Below are positions 13,806-25,569 of a stretch of DNA of 64,000 nucleotides, piece after piece. Under the pieces are notes generated by a model. It did no database searches and had not been told where the DNA came from. It worked only from the letters and a program-made list of their open reading frames with translations. Each line of letters begins with the position of its first letter. The first letter of the stretch is position 1. Origin of the DNA: Eledone cirrhosa (lineage: Eukaryota); assembly GCA_964016885.1 (NCBI GenBank), contig OZ024743.1, positions 286,378,001 to 286,442,000 on the forward strand. Direction: 5' to 3'. A program made the translations under genes and the position numbers.

Positions 13806-15407
13806 TCCCAAAATTGCTAGCTCCCTTCATCCGATACCTTTACAGAATATGAAAAAAAATTATCATTGTATTGGCGGTATCGGTAGAGCGTCTGACAACA
13901 TACTTTGTGGCATATAATCACGTCCTTTTTGCGTTCTGAGTTTCAATCCCGTCAAGATTAGCTTTGTTTTTCGATTTGTTTTCCCCTTCGCTTCAAATTG
14001 CTGTCCTTGAAACAAATATTGTAATCCGGAGCTTTGTGCAGCATTCTCTCTGGAATTACCCTAAAGTGCAGTCTCCCACTATTGGGGAACTGTTTCTTAT
14101 TGATATTCGTTATTGATTTTTATTATTAAGTATATTCATTTTAATTTCTATTATTTTTATTCCTATCGTTTTCTCTTCCTTTCATTTCTGGATTCATTCT
14201 AAACAAGAATCCAACCAAACCACATGGCGTCACCATCTTTAATAGCAAAAATAAAAAAGAATTTTAAAAAACCCACTAATTTTTGTCTGCCGGTCGCCTT
14301 CAAAACTGTAGTGAGAGATGGGGGAGAGCGGTAGAGACGGAGGCAGTGGCAGTAGGAGTTTTGTTCCATTGTGTTCGGACATGGTGTATATGTATATATT
14401 TCTTTACTACACCACATTTTATTCTTGCTTCTTCATATAAGCTTGAGATCGTCCCAACGCTTAATATCATTTATTTATTGCTGTATATATTACCGTGGAT
14501 CAGCTCTAATATTTGGATTTGTCGGCTTTATCTGAGCACTCCATTTTCCACACATTATCAAAATCATTTTATTACAATGAATTCTTTACCTCAGCTATGT
14601 TAGCTATTAAAAAAAAACTACTTACAGTCCAATTGCTATAACAACAGCAACAAGTTGAGTGACAAGTTAGTAATCCAGCAAGCCAGCCAGTCAGTTAGCT
14701 TTCCTCCTGTTGTCAAAATTAGTGCAACAGATGACAATGACAGCAAAAACACACCCCATCGCTACCACCACCAGTAGCAGCACTACTTTAATGGACCCAA
14801 GAACATACCCCCCACCCCCAAAAAAAAATATATATATATAAAACATCACCACCGCCACCACCGCAACCACCACCACAATCGCCACCACCTGTTCCTTTTC
14901 GAGAACCAATACGATTTCGAAACCAACCGAAGACAATGACAGCAACAACAACAGTGATAGCGGTTACAACCAGGCTGGTTCGAGGGACATTTTCTTTGTA
15001 AGTTCTATAAGGAACCTCCAAAAACAAAAAACAAAAAAATATAATAAGTTAACCAGCCGCAAGATTGAGCCCCATGAGTTGGCCCAGTGAAATATATACT
15101 CCAGCCAAATGTGTAGAGTGTTCCCATTCCCCACTTCTTTCTCTTCGTTATAGTTCTTTTTTCTCTTTCTTTCAGCCATTTATATGGCCAGAGATAGGAA
15201 GCGGTAGCGGTCAACCAGGGAGGGGTTCTCCAACAAGAGTGAGAAGGCTCAGGATTTGAATCTATGTTAAATAACACTGGGGAACACAACCTTTGATTAC
15301 TTAGATGTTAGACCTTTTTCTCAGTATGTTGAGGTCATTGATTCTAAATGTGACATTAGTTTTCCTCCACCAGCCCTTTATACATCTCTCTATATATTTA
15401 TATATAA

Positions 15408-15891
15408 TCTAAACTATAATAAATGGAGGGGCGCGGGACTGCGTACGGTTTATAATTTTTTATCCCATTAGTAAAATAAGTTGGATTACTTTGAATAAAT
15501 AATAAATGAATATTACATAATTTATCTACTAAATTTCGTGGCTGTTGATTAAATATATTTTGTTTATTTAAAGATTCACTCCTTTAAAATTTCTGAATGT
15601 CAACACTTCCGGTTGGCCATCACTTAAATAAACATACTGATTTTCTGTCACTAATTTTCTCCTAATGCAGTTTATATATAATATCGTCTCTTTTTAATGT
15701 ATCATGGATTACGTTACTGATTAAATAAGACAGTGTAACGCAGTCTTCGTTCAATTTCTATGTATTATATATTGTCAATTACGATTTTATTTGATGTATC
15801 ATATCTACATGTATAGATACCTGCGTATAATATCAATATACACACTACACATGCTAGCAGAAAACCACACGAAGGGTGGTTTTTCTGCTAG
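15408..15891 (+). mobile_element. Non-autonomous Helitron-like element
   Basis: 5' TC..tataat start and 3' hairpin accac-acgaagg-gtggt plus CTAG|T. Shares aatgtcaacacttccggtt.gc.atcactta with the 34877-36580 element. Confidence 0.55.
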
Positions 15892-15959
15892 TGTATAAAT
15901 CACATAATTCCTGACTTGCAATCACTGTTGTTGCCAATTGAATACAAAAGTATGAAGGA

Positions 15960-17200
15960 TGTCAACGAAAATAGCTTATTAACATGAAACAAGCATAATT
16001 TACGAAACATATTTATTAAATACAAACAAACTTGAGATATGAACACCCCCCAAAAAAATCTCACATAAACCATGTTTCTGAGATTTCCTGCGATGACATT
16101 CACGCTGGATGCTCCAGTAGTAATCTGTCACCATGTGAATATCCAATCGTCCGCGGTACAGTACTTGCATGATCCTTAGTTCTTGGTGAAATCGTTCAAC
16201 CTGTTCCTCACTTAGATCACTAAGGTTGTCTGGGAAACGATCCAAATGACTGTGAATTAATGTAGTTTAATACTCATTTTAAGGACAAGTTTACAAAAAG
16301 AATATATGAATAACCGCCAATATTCCGGTATGCCTAGTTTCATCAGCAATCCTTGAACATTATTGCAGAAAACAAAACCACTCTTTTCAGAAGAAAGACA
16401 ATAAATCCATGTTGCAATATGACGTTATTTTGATTCCCGGTAACAGTAAACTTTCTCCATCCGGCTGAGAAGCTAACAATTTTGATAATTTCTTCGAAAG
16501 ATTTATGAATTCATCCAATTCGTGTTGACTAAAACCTTCTGCAAACAAGGACAGTAATTTGATATCACTTATTTTGTCCACATATACTTTCTTTTCATAT
16601 ACATCTTCTTGAGGGAGCTCTGGAAGATGGCTGGATGATGGGATAGATATTTCATCTGAACGTGCAACAGGTTGTCTAGTTGAGACTATGTTAGGATACG
16701 CCTACTCTCGGGTCCCAAATGATAAGGGGTGGAATAAACGGAGGCGTGGTGGGCGGGGGTGTAATAGGTAATTTTTCTTGGTTATCTCCGTTGATTTTTT
16801 AAAAAACCAGAATTAGTTGTTTACTTTACATATTGAGACCTCCAACCCATCCTTTTTATTTTATAACGTATGAGATTTCTTTTGTGTCATTTATAATGGT
16901 TTTTAATATCTAAAGAAAATTAGTTGTCACAGGAATGCTACCACTTAAAATAAAATTTCGCCTGAGACAGATTAGCAAAATTTAATAAGCGGGGGGGGGG
17001 GGGGGGATTATTCGGGACCCGAGAGGATTTATTCCATTTACTTTCATTATATATTCACCAAACAAAAGTAACCATCATCCCTGGATTTCTTTGTTTTCTC
17101 CAAACCATTAGTATACCAAATTTCAGGCACCTCCTCTTTCCATTAGTCCATTGCCACCGATACTCCGTACACCTTTTATACACTACACGGGGATTTCGCC
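15960..17200 (-). pseudogene. CMC/Chapaev3-type transposase remnant
   Basis: QWTNGK..LKFGILMVWR, YPNIVSTRQPVARS, FSQHELDE..LSKKLSKLLAS..LLPGIKITSY and DRFPDNLSDLSEEQVERFHQE..YRGR..MVTDYYWS match Chapaev3-type conserved blocks. Confidence 0.75.
16705..17025. mobile_element. MITE nested in the Chapaev3 remnant
   Basis: TIR ctctcgggtccc(a/g)aat / attcgggacccgagag, with TA on the left, suggesting Tc1/mariner-pogo type. Confidence 0.75.
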
Positions 17201-17744
17201 GTAACTTTGACTAAATAGTGGGGAGGAACAAGGGGTGGAATAAGCGGGAGGGAGAGTCACTGATGCTCCGCACACGTTTTATACACTTCACGGGAAGTTC
17301 ATAGCTTATTCTGGTCTCCTAGCTGTACTTTGAAATAAATAAAATAAGCTCTTTTCACAAAATAACTAATAGTTTTTCTCTGTTCAATGAACGCGTAGTC
17401 TCTGCAAATAAAACAAAAATAACTTGATGATTTAGATATTTTCTACGTTATGAAGTCATGTCATCACCTATGGCAGGAAAGAATTCCCATTAGTATATGT
17501 ACAATACACATGCCAAACGGCAACATCATCAAAACATCAGTACAATCATAGTTACAATTTAATTATACAGAATCTTTTAGATTTAAAAGGAACTTATCAT
17601 ATCGTTCCAGAAGGGTAATAAAGTAGGTAATGACGTATGCAATACCAAAAATACTAGAGATGGTATTTTCTGTATCAAAAATAAACTGAATAAGGTACCT
17701 AATAATCCTAGGTACCAAAAATAAATATTTCTTTGGTTCTTCAG

Positions 17745-17885
17745 TCTTAACTTAACCTTGGACGCTTTTACTGTCTCTGCTGCGAATTTTCGTGCCTCCT
17801 TGTACCGCAAGTGCAAGAAGGAGGACTTATTTCCAAGCCAAGCTTTGTAAACCTCTTTCTTTCCTGACATCCGGCGCCACACCAA
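17745..17885 (-). pseudogene. Short LINE (RTE-like) linker-region fragment
   Basis: KKEVYKAWL...RYKEARKFAAETVKASK is typical of the EN-RT linker. Confidence 0.5.
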
Positions 17886-18219
17886 GCCTGCAACATTTAA
17901 CAGCTAAAGCAGAAACTGCTGCGCTGAACAATCTCCACTCCGTCTCAACGTCTTCAGTTTGCTCAGTGTAATCAACAAGCTAGCCTACATTCTGTTTATG
18001 TTTTGTTTCCTTGCGTGTTTTGTTTTGTTTCTGTTTTCCTTTCTCTTTGTTTTTCGCCCCATATTCCTTTTACTGAAATCCAGCCGATCGTCTGCTCTCA
18101 CACGTTTTACTTCTTCCTGTATCCAGTCTGTAACTGATGGAAGAACTTGCTGCATGGGGAGGAAAGCTCCGGATTAACAAGTCACTGGATCAGCCTTAAT
18201 ATACTAATAATCTCTACTA

Positions 18220-18295
<76 letters not shown>

Positions 18296-19407
18296 GAAAC
18301 CAAATAAAACGCATGTCGAAATGATATCAGTAAAGTTACTAAATTCCATGAGATAGTTTATCATTTCAGTTTATATTTCAACATAAGCTGGGTGTTAATT
18401 AGAAAAAGGTGAGAAATATGAGACGATTCCGAAATCCGTTTAATATCTTAAACATTATTCCTTACTAACTAGCCTGACATATCTAATAAAACTTATCCAC
18501 AACTTTAATTAGTATTTCGACTGCATAGTCTTTAACTGGTGAACTTTTAAACTATTGCTAGTCTCATACATGAATTAATATAATCAGTGCCTGATTTAAG
18601 CTAGTGCGGGCTGTGTGGCATATATTTTAAAATATTCTGATTTTATAAAATGCACATAATTTTTAAAACGTTTTTTAGTAAGCTACAATTTAGTAGTTAC
18701 ATTTTCTAGACTTAACATTGGTATATCTAACATTAGTAGATCTGTTGATGTTTTGGGAATGTCTATTTCACGCAGAAATTCATGATAAATACTCATTTCA
18801 TTACAGTAAGATTGTTCAATCTGTCTCGATCCATTAGTTAATATTTAATTAGCTTCATTTTTAATTCTTTAGTTAATTTTTAATCCCTTTCTGTTGAAAA
18901 TGAGCGTTCACCACTACTGTTTGTAATCAAGACATTTTGTACATTTGGAAAACAAAACATCTAAAACTGCCAGTTATGAAACGGTAAACTAGCTCTATGA
19001 GGCCTTGTTTGTCGCCAGTATCAGAAGCAATATCAGTTTTAACAATTTCGCAAACTGAACAAATAAAACACTGTGCTACAGATATGTGCTCAGTATGAAT
19101 AATATACTTCATAATTCAATTGTGTTAATACCATGTAGCTAACTTCTACGTATTAAACAAGACAAATATTAAGTGAAACTGAAGACAATTTTTTCTGGAA
19201 AAACTTTAACTCTTAAAAGTATTGAAACATTTGTAAAACCTGGAGTGTTTAGTAAGCTGTAGTTTGAGGAAGATTTGGGAGTTTCTTTGTTATTTTATAA
19301 TAGCTGCAGCTGTCGTTACAATTGCTGTTACAACTCGATACCATATAATGTAATACCGCATCATAAATGACAGATGGTGTTAAAGATGGAGGTCGCAGCA
19401 TTTGCAT

Positions 19408-19632
19408 TCATGGTGGTAGTGGTGGTAGTGGTGGTGCTGGTGGTCGGTGTCGTCGTCGTGGCGGCAGCGGTGGTGGTAATTGTGGCGGTGATAGTGGTGG
19501 CGTTGGTTGTAATTGTGGCGGTGATAGTGGTGGCGGTGATGGTGATTGTTGTGGTGATGATGGTGGTGGTGGTGATGACGGTGGTGGTGATGGTGGTGGT
19601 GGTGATGATGGTGGCGGCGATGGTGGTGATAA
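19408..19632. repeat. Degenerate (GGT/GAT)n trinucleotide low-complexity tract
   Basis: Directly visible. Produces spurious poly-G, poly-V and poly-P ORFs. Confidence 0.85.
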
Positions 19633-20317
19633 CGTGAATAAGGAATAGAAGAGTGGAAAGAGGGGTTTAATCAATGAGCAAGAGTATCTTGTGCACTTTT
19701 AACAATAAAAATAATTATCGTATTTGCTGGCCGATTGGACACCCTTCCGTATACGATGCCCCCTGGTTGTACAAGGACATTTTGAGAAGAAGAAAAAGAA
19801 TTTTAGTACATTTTTTCATAAATTTATAAAAAATTATTTCATTTTTTTTTTTTTTTCAGAAACTCTTATTAAGTTCGGCATCATTTTGCTTGTATAAATT
19901 GTATTATATTACTGTATTAATAATACTAATAGTAATACAAACTACATTTTCAAAACCATGATTATCCTCACCCTCCCTTTGGCTTCCCATCAGTGATACG
20001 GGCGTATTGGACGCAAAAAAGATTTTTTATGGGTTTTTTTTTAAATGCGTCTAATAGGCCGACAAATTCGGTACTTTAGATTTTATTTTAACAAAGAAGG
20101 CATGGTTGTTAAGTTAAGACGTTTGCAGCCTCGCGGTATCGTGTTCAGTTCTTCTGCGTTGCACCTTGGACGAGGGTTTTGTACTATAGCCTCGGGTTGA
20201 TCAATACCTTATAAGTGAAATTTAATAGACGGAAACTTTGTAGAAGCCTGTCGCCTGTCGTGACGCTATTAAGTTACACATGGCCTGGGCCAATACTGGC
20301 CAAAACCTATCAAAGTT

Positions 20318-20389
<72 letters not shown>

Positions 20390-20594
20390 AATATAAGTAT
20401 GTATACGTACATACATATATGTATACAGACGTACAGTAGTATGTATATACATACATGCACACATATATATATGTACGTATGGGTTTACCGAACATTTTTT
20501 ATAATGTTTGGTTTGTTTGTAAACAAACAGCCCGAATTAAGCCGTGCAGTGTTCGACAACCATTGTTGCCCTTTTGTTCAACACTGACAAAGGA

Positions 20595-20637
20595 ATGATG
20601 AACTGGTTTCAAGCTTATTAGCTATCGTCAGCATCGT
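20595..20637 (-). ncRNA. Type I hammerhead ribozyme
   Basis: Minus strand reads ACGATG CTGACGA t AGC taataa GCT t GAAAC ca GTT CATCAT. Confidence 0.75.
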
Positions 20638-20965
20638 ATACTTTCCTGTCAGATGATTGAACGTTTGAAAGTATATACTTTCCTTATGCATATTAACGGC
20701 TGAGCAGCCTAATTTGCATATCGAGTGAGTTAGTCGGCCGGGCGTACCGAAAACGATAAATGGAAAAGAATGAAATGAAATTTCATTTCTCATTCTTAGT
20801 ACGGCTGATACTTAAATATAAGTATGTATACGTACATACATATATGTATACAGACGTTCGCCCGGCCGACTAACTCACTCGATATGCAAATTAGGCTGCT
20901 GAGCCGTTAATATGCATAAGGAAAGTATATACTTTCAAACGTTCAATCATCTGACAGGAAGGTAT

Positions 20966-21008
20966 ACGATGCTGACGATAGCTGATAAGCTTGAAACTAG
21001 TTCATCGT
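20966..21008 (+). ncRNA. Type I minimal hammerhead ribozyme
   Basis: ACGATG CTGACGA t AGC tgataa GCT t GAAAC ta GTT|CATCGT: perfect 6-bp stem I, intact core, palindromic stem III (AACTAGTT), GUU triplet ending at 21002. Confidence 0.85.
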
Positions 21009-21264
21009 TCCTTTGTCAGTGTTGAACAAAAGGACAACGACGGCTTAATTCGGGCTGTTTGTTTACAAACAAACCGAACATTAAAATAAATGTTCGGTAA
21101 ACCCATACGTACATATATATATGTGTGTGCATGTATGTATATATATACATACTACTGTACGTCTGTATACATATATGTATGTACGTATACATACTTATAT
21201 TTAAGTATCAGCCGTACTAAGAGAGAGAAATGAAATTTCGTTTCATTCTTTTCCATTTATATAT

Positions 21265-22431
21265 ATATCTTTAAGTCGTTTAGAAGCCTCGACAATGCAA
21301 ATGGGTAAATCTCCGGGTAACAAGATCCGGTGGTGGAGAGAGAGATGTAAGTGGGTGTACGTTGAGATGCGTGGCGTGTACAAGACGTGTAGAGGAATGA
21401 AGCAAAGAGTCTAAAGGATAAAATTAAAATAACAACACGAGAGAGAGTTACCTTGGGAGAGATTTAATTGTCTCTATATATTTCGGATTCACATCCATCA
21501 ACTGGGGGTTTTTTGCGGGGTGGGGGAAAAGTTGTCTGTCGGAAACACACTAAAACCAGGGCCTCGTCTTTCTGGAAACACATAGACAAATGCAGAAACA
21601 AAGACGGAAGGCCCATTGTCACAATTCTAGCGACTGAAAGAAACGTCGGCACGTTACGTATCAAGGAAGCACTTTTTATCAAACGCCTGGAACCGCAAAT
21701 AAACAATCGATCCGAGAGAAGCGAAATGAGGTCGTTGGTTTAAGTTAACAAACGATGCAGCAACACACGCACACACACACACAAGCGAGACAATTACACA
21801 CGCACACGCACACACACACACAGTAGCATTCCACCATACGAACCATACTACACTGCCAATACAGAGGAACAAGGCAACAACACACGTACACACACTCAAG
21901 CGAGACAACAACACACGCACACACACACACAGTAACATTTAACAAACAGGCAGAGAATGGACTGACAGCTAGCGCCACCCCACTCCCACAATTGAAAGAA
22001 ATACTTCGGCCGCTGACCTCTGCCCGACCGACCCCAATTCACGCGCACGCGCGCTCTGCTGAATACCTCAGATATTCAAAACAACAAACAGCGGAGGACG
22101 CGTTTCGCACCTTTCCGACAGACAACCTTTCCCCCACCCCGGAAAAAAACCCCAGTTGATGGATGTGAATCCGAAATATATAGGGACAATTAAATCTCTC
22201 CCAAGGTAACTCTCTCTCGTGTTGTTATTTTAATTTTATCCTTTATACTCTTTCCTTCATTCCTCTACACGTCTTATACACGCCACGCATCTCAACGTAC
22301 ACCCACTTACAGCTCTCTCTCCACCACCGGATCTTGTTACCCGGAGATTTACCCATTTGCATTGTCGAGGCTTCCAAACGACTTAAAGATATTTACCTAT
22401 TATTCCACAATGCTTCAAGCAAACTTCAATA

Positions 22432-22437
<6 letters not shown>
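21265..22437 (+). mobile_element. Penelope-like element with 281-bp inverted pLTR and GIY-YIG tail
   Basis: 21265-21545 is the reverse complement of 22112-22392. Between them, SSFWKH...ILATE...LRIKEALFIKRLEPQINNRSE* (to 21743) is a GIY-YIG C-terminus. Flanked by (TA)n. Confidence 0.85.
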
Positions 22438-22505
<68 letters not shown>

Positions 22506-23754
22506 AATGAACCTGTGTTTAGAATGAGTGGAAGCCCTATTATTTATAATATTTTTCTATAGTCAAAAACTTCGATGACGCTTTAACTTTCTCATAAATT
22601 TCATACATGTGTGTGTGTGTGTGTGTCCGTTTATGACACTGTGTGGACAGATCCCCGTTAATAGGCCACTGACATTAAAACAAATTCATTTATGGATTCC
22701 ACTGTTAGTTCATTTGATCGAGTTTCATGGATATATGTATTCGATTTGCTCTTAACATGTGATTTTAGGCCTTGAGATTGTTCCTTTATTATGTGGCTGA
22801 CGACTCGGTAAGCTGAAGGTCAAGGATTTGGGGTGATGAATCCTATTGTTGAAGTTGGCAGAATTAAATCCCCTGATTCTACTTCCGCTATAAGCTAGTT
22901 TATTTCACGTCTGACAAGGAGTACGCACGTGAAAAATAAAATAAGAAGATATCTTTATGCCTTTTGACTAATTTTTATTCTATTTTTTATTTAATTTAAT
23001 TGTTTAAGAGAATTTTATTTTAATTAGCTTAAATAACGTTTGTTTCGTGTATGAATTTCTTTTAAAATCTATTTAGATTCTTTGTTTAAAAGTTTAGGAT
23101 AACATTTAAGGTTTATTTCATTTATACAAGTCTATTTGATTATTTTGTTAGCCATTTGAATTATTTTAAGATATTTTTAGTCAGTATTTACATTTAGACA
23201 TGTATCATTTAATGATCTGCCTAGGTTAACTTCGATAATCTTTAGCTTTGAGACTTTTCATTGTTGGTCAAGTATAGGAGTTACGAGTTTCTTCGCTTTG
23301 TTTCTTTCCACACTTTTCTACATTTAGTTTCGTATTGAGGTTTTTTTAAAAGTAGGTTGTGTTTTATGCATTTAATAAGTATTTGCAATTTAAATGGTTC
23401 AGGGTGGGTTTATTTGGGACTAAAAGCGACTCAGAGATGTCGGTTTGTTAGGCGGGGTAGAGCTCTAGCGTTTAAATAATTTTATCTATCATGGCAATGG
23501 ATCTAGTTAGTGTAGATATTACACAGTGGGGTCATTGTTTCTGCAGATAATAATAGATATTGTTTAATGTGTATTCTTATACAGAAATGTGATGACTGCA
23601 GCTTGAAAAGGTCCGTCTCTCCCATACTCATATTTAGAGTGGGTTAGTGGTTGGGAACTATGGATGATGTCTGAGGTAGGGATTATGGAGGATGTCTTGG
23701 TTCTAGTGTAGACATTTAGTTCATAATTGGCTTTGTTTTAATGAGTATACATAC

Positions 23755-25166
23755 ATGATCGCCACAATCTCGTTTTTTAGCATTGCCGTCGCCCGATAAA
23801 ATGCTCAAAAATGTGAGGTACGAAGGTGGCTTTTCAAACCAGCCAAAGACTTGCACCCTCTGGCAGATACATGGCAACTGTAGACTGCTCTAGGACTTTC
23901 CTCTGCTTGGTTCTGAGTGTGCGTTCTCATGTGTCTTTTAAGACCTCCCATGCTTGCACATTCCTTGCCAAATTCCCTACACCTTTTCAGATCATGCTGT
24001 TCATAGTCTACATGAGGTCTACAGATATGTCTTTGTTCATGTCTTATCAGACCAGCTTTGGTCAGGCAGACTCGACCACAGTGTGTTTGAAATTCCAGTG
24101 CAAGCCAATGTGCTCCTGACAGTCCCGGCGCCGTATTTTTGGTTTGCGTGGTGGTCGCCTTCCTTCGCACAGTTCACAATAGAGAAGTTGCTTTGGAATA
24201 CGATGATCAGACATCAGGACCACGTGGCCGCACCACTTCCGCCGATGCCAAAAGATCATGCTCTCTATACTCATGCACCTGCTCGTTCCAGAACTTCCAA
24301 ATCACTGACGAACATTTTCCATCGCACCCTAAGTATCTTACGAAGAGATTGTTGGTGAAACCTCTCCAGTTCCTTGAGGTGCTTTTTATATTTGACCTAC
24401 GTTTCACAAACATAAAGCAAAGAGAAGAGGAAACAAGTCAGATACACTTTTACTTTAGTTTCCATGACGATGCCTCGTCTGGACCACAAACGTTCATTCA
24501 ACCGTCCAAAAGCATCACTGGCTTTCTTGATTCTTAAGGATATCTCATTATCAAGTGTGCATGACTTGTTCAACGTACTACCAAAGTAAACAAACTTGTC
24601 AACAACTTTTAGCCTCTTTCTGTACACGTACACACTTGGTGTAGTGTATTCTTTCGTAGGTGCTGGCTGATACATCACAATAGTTTTTTCCAAGCCTATT
24701 GTGAGGACCAAAGCGCTGCAAGCTTCAGAAAAAGAGTTCATAATATACTTTGTGAGTGCGCAAAAAGATCGCAGTAATCTGCATACAAAAACTCTCGGAT
24801 TATAGATCTTAATACCTTCGTGCTTACACCAAAGAGCCTGATGTTGAACAACCTTCCTGAAGTTCGATATCTGATGTAAATTCCATGCGAACAATTTTGT
24901 TGAATACCATGAGAAACAATATCGTAAACTATAAGGAAAACAAAGTTGGAGCGGAAATGTCCCCTTGCTTCACTCCATTTTCAACTGATATTGGTTCAGA
25001 GATGCTATCACCAATACTGACCCAAGCCTCCATGTCATCATGAAAAAAAACATAGAATTTTCACAAACCTTGGAGGGCAGCCAATCTTTTCCAAAATTTT
25101 CCACAACGCAGTTCGATTGACGGTGTCAAAGGTCTTTGTCAAATCAACAAAGACCTGGTAAAGGTC
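23755..25166 (-). mobile_element. 5'-truncated RTE LINE with C-terminal C2H2 zinc fingers
   Basis: FVDLTKTFDTVNR..LW, GVKQG, VDKFVYFGS, RIKKASDAFGRL, WCGHVVLMSDHRIPKQLLYCEL, three C..C/H...H-like fingers and an ATGT-type tail. Confidence 0.85.
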
Positions 25167-25394
25167 GTACATACATACATACATGATGATGGCTGCCCCC
25201 TCGTTATCGAATATGGCCATTGCACGATATAAAATTATTAATTATTATCAATTAAGCTATTGTGCAATGCCTGTGCGTGAAGATTTTTTTTAAAGTGAGG
25301 GAAGACTGTGCACTGAGTCAATCCCACTCTCTGAGCGACAGTAGCTATAACCCAAAAAAGAAAAGATCAACACCATCGGTAACTACATACATAC

Positions 25395-25475
<81 letters not shown>

Positions 25476-25569
25476 ACACACATACACATAACCCCCACCC
25501 CCAACCCCCACTCACACACACACACATATATCACAAGAAACTGCGATGATACACTACGATGGGTAATTT

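Larger units (their letters stand above)
20389..21260. mobile_element. Non-coding hammerhead-bearing repeat (retrozyme or non-autonomous PLE-like), inverted dimer of a 425-bp monomer
   Basis: Minus arm 20389-20857 has a 425-bp period (atataagtatg at 20391 and 20816). Plus arm 20859-21260 is its reverse complement. Each arm carries a hammerhead. Inserted in (TA)n. Confidence 0.8.

Noticed and set aside
19367-19674. Gly-, Val- or Pro-rich ORFs
   Set aside because: Trinucleotide low-complexity tract open in several frames, with no splice or domain evidence.
22092-22125. GAAACGCGTC hammerhead half on the minus strand
   Set aside because: No CUGANGA core or stem I partner upstream, and it is antisense to the PLE ORF.
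22797-22825. CTGACGA followed by a small hairpin
   Set aside because: No GAAA or NUH downstream; expected by chance.
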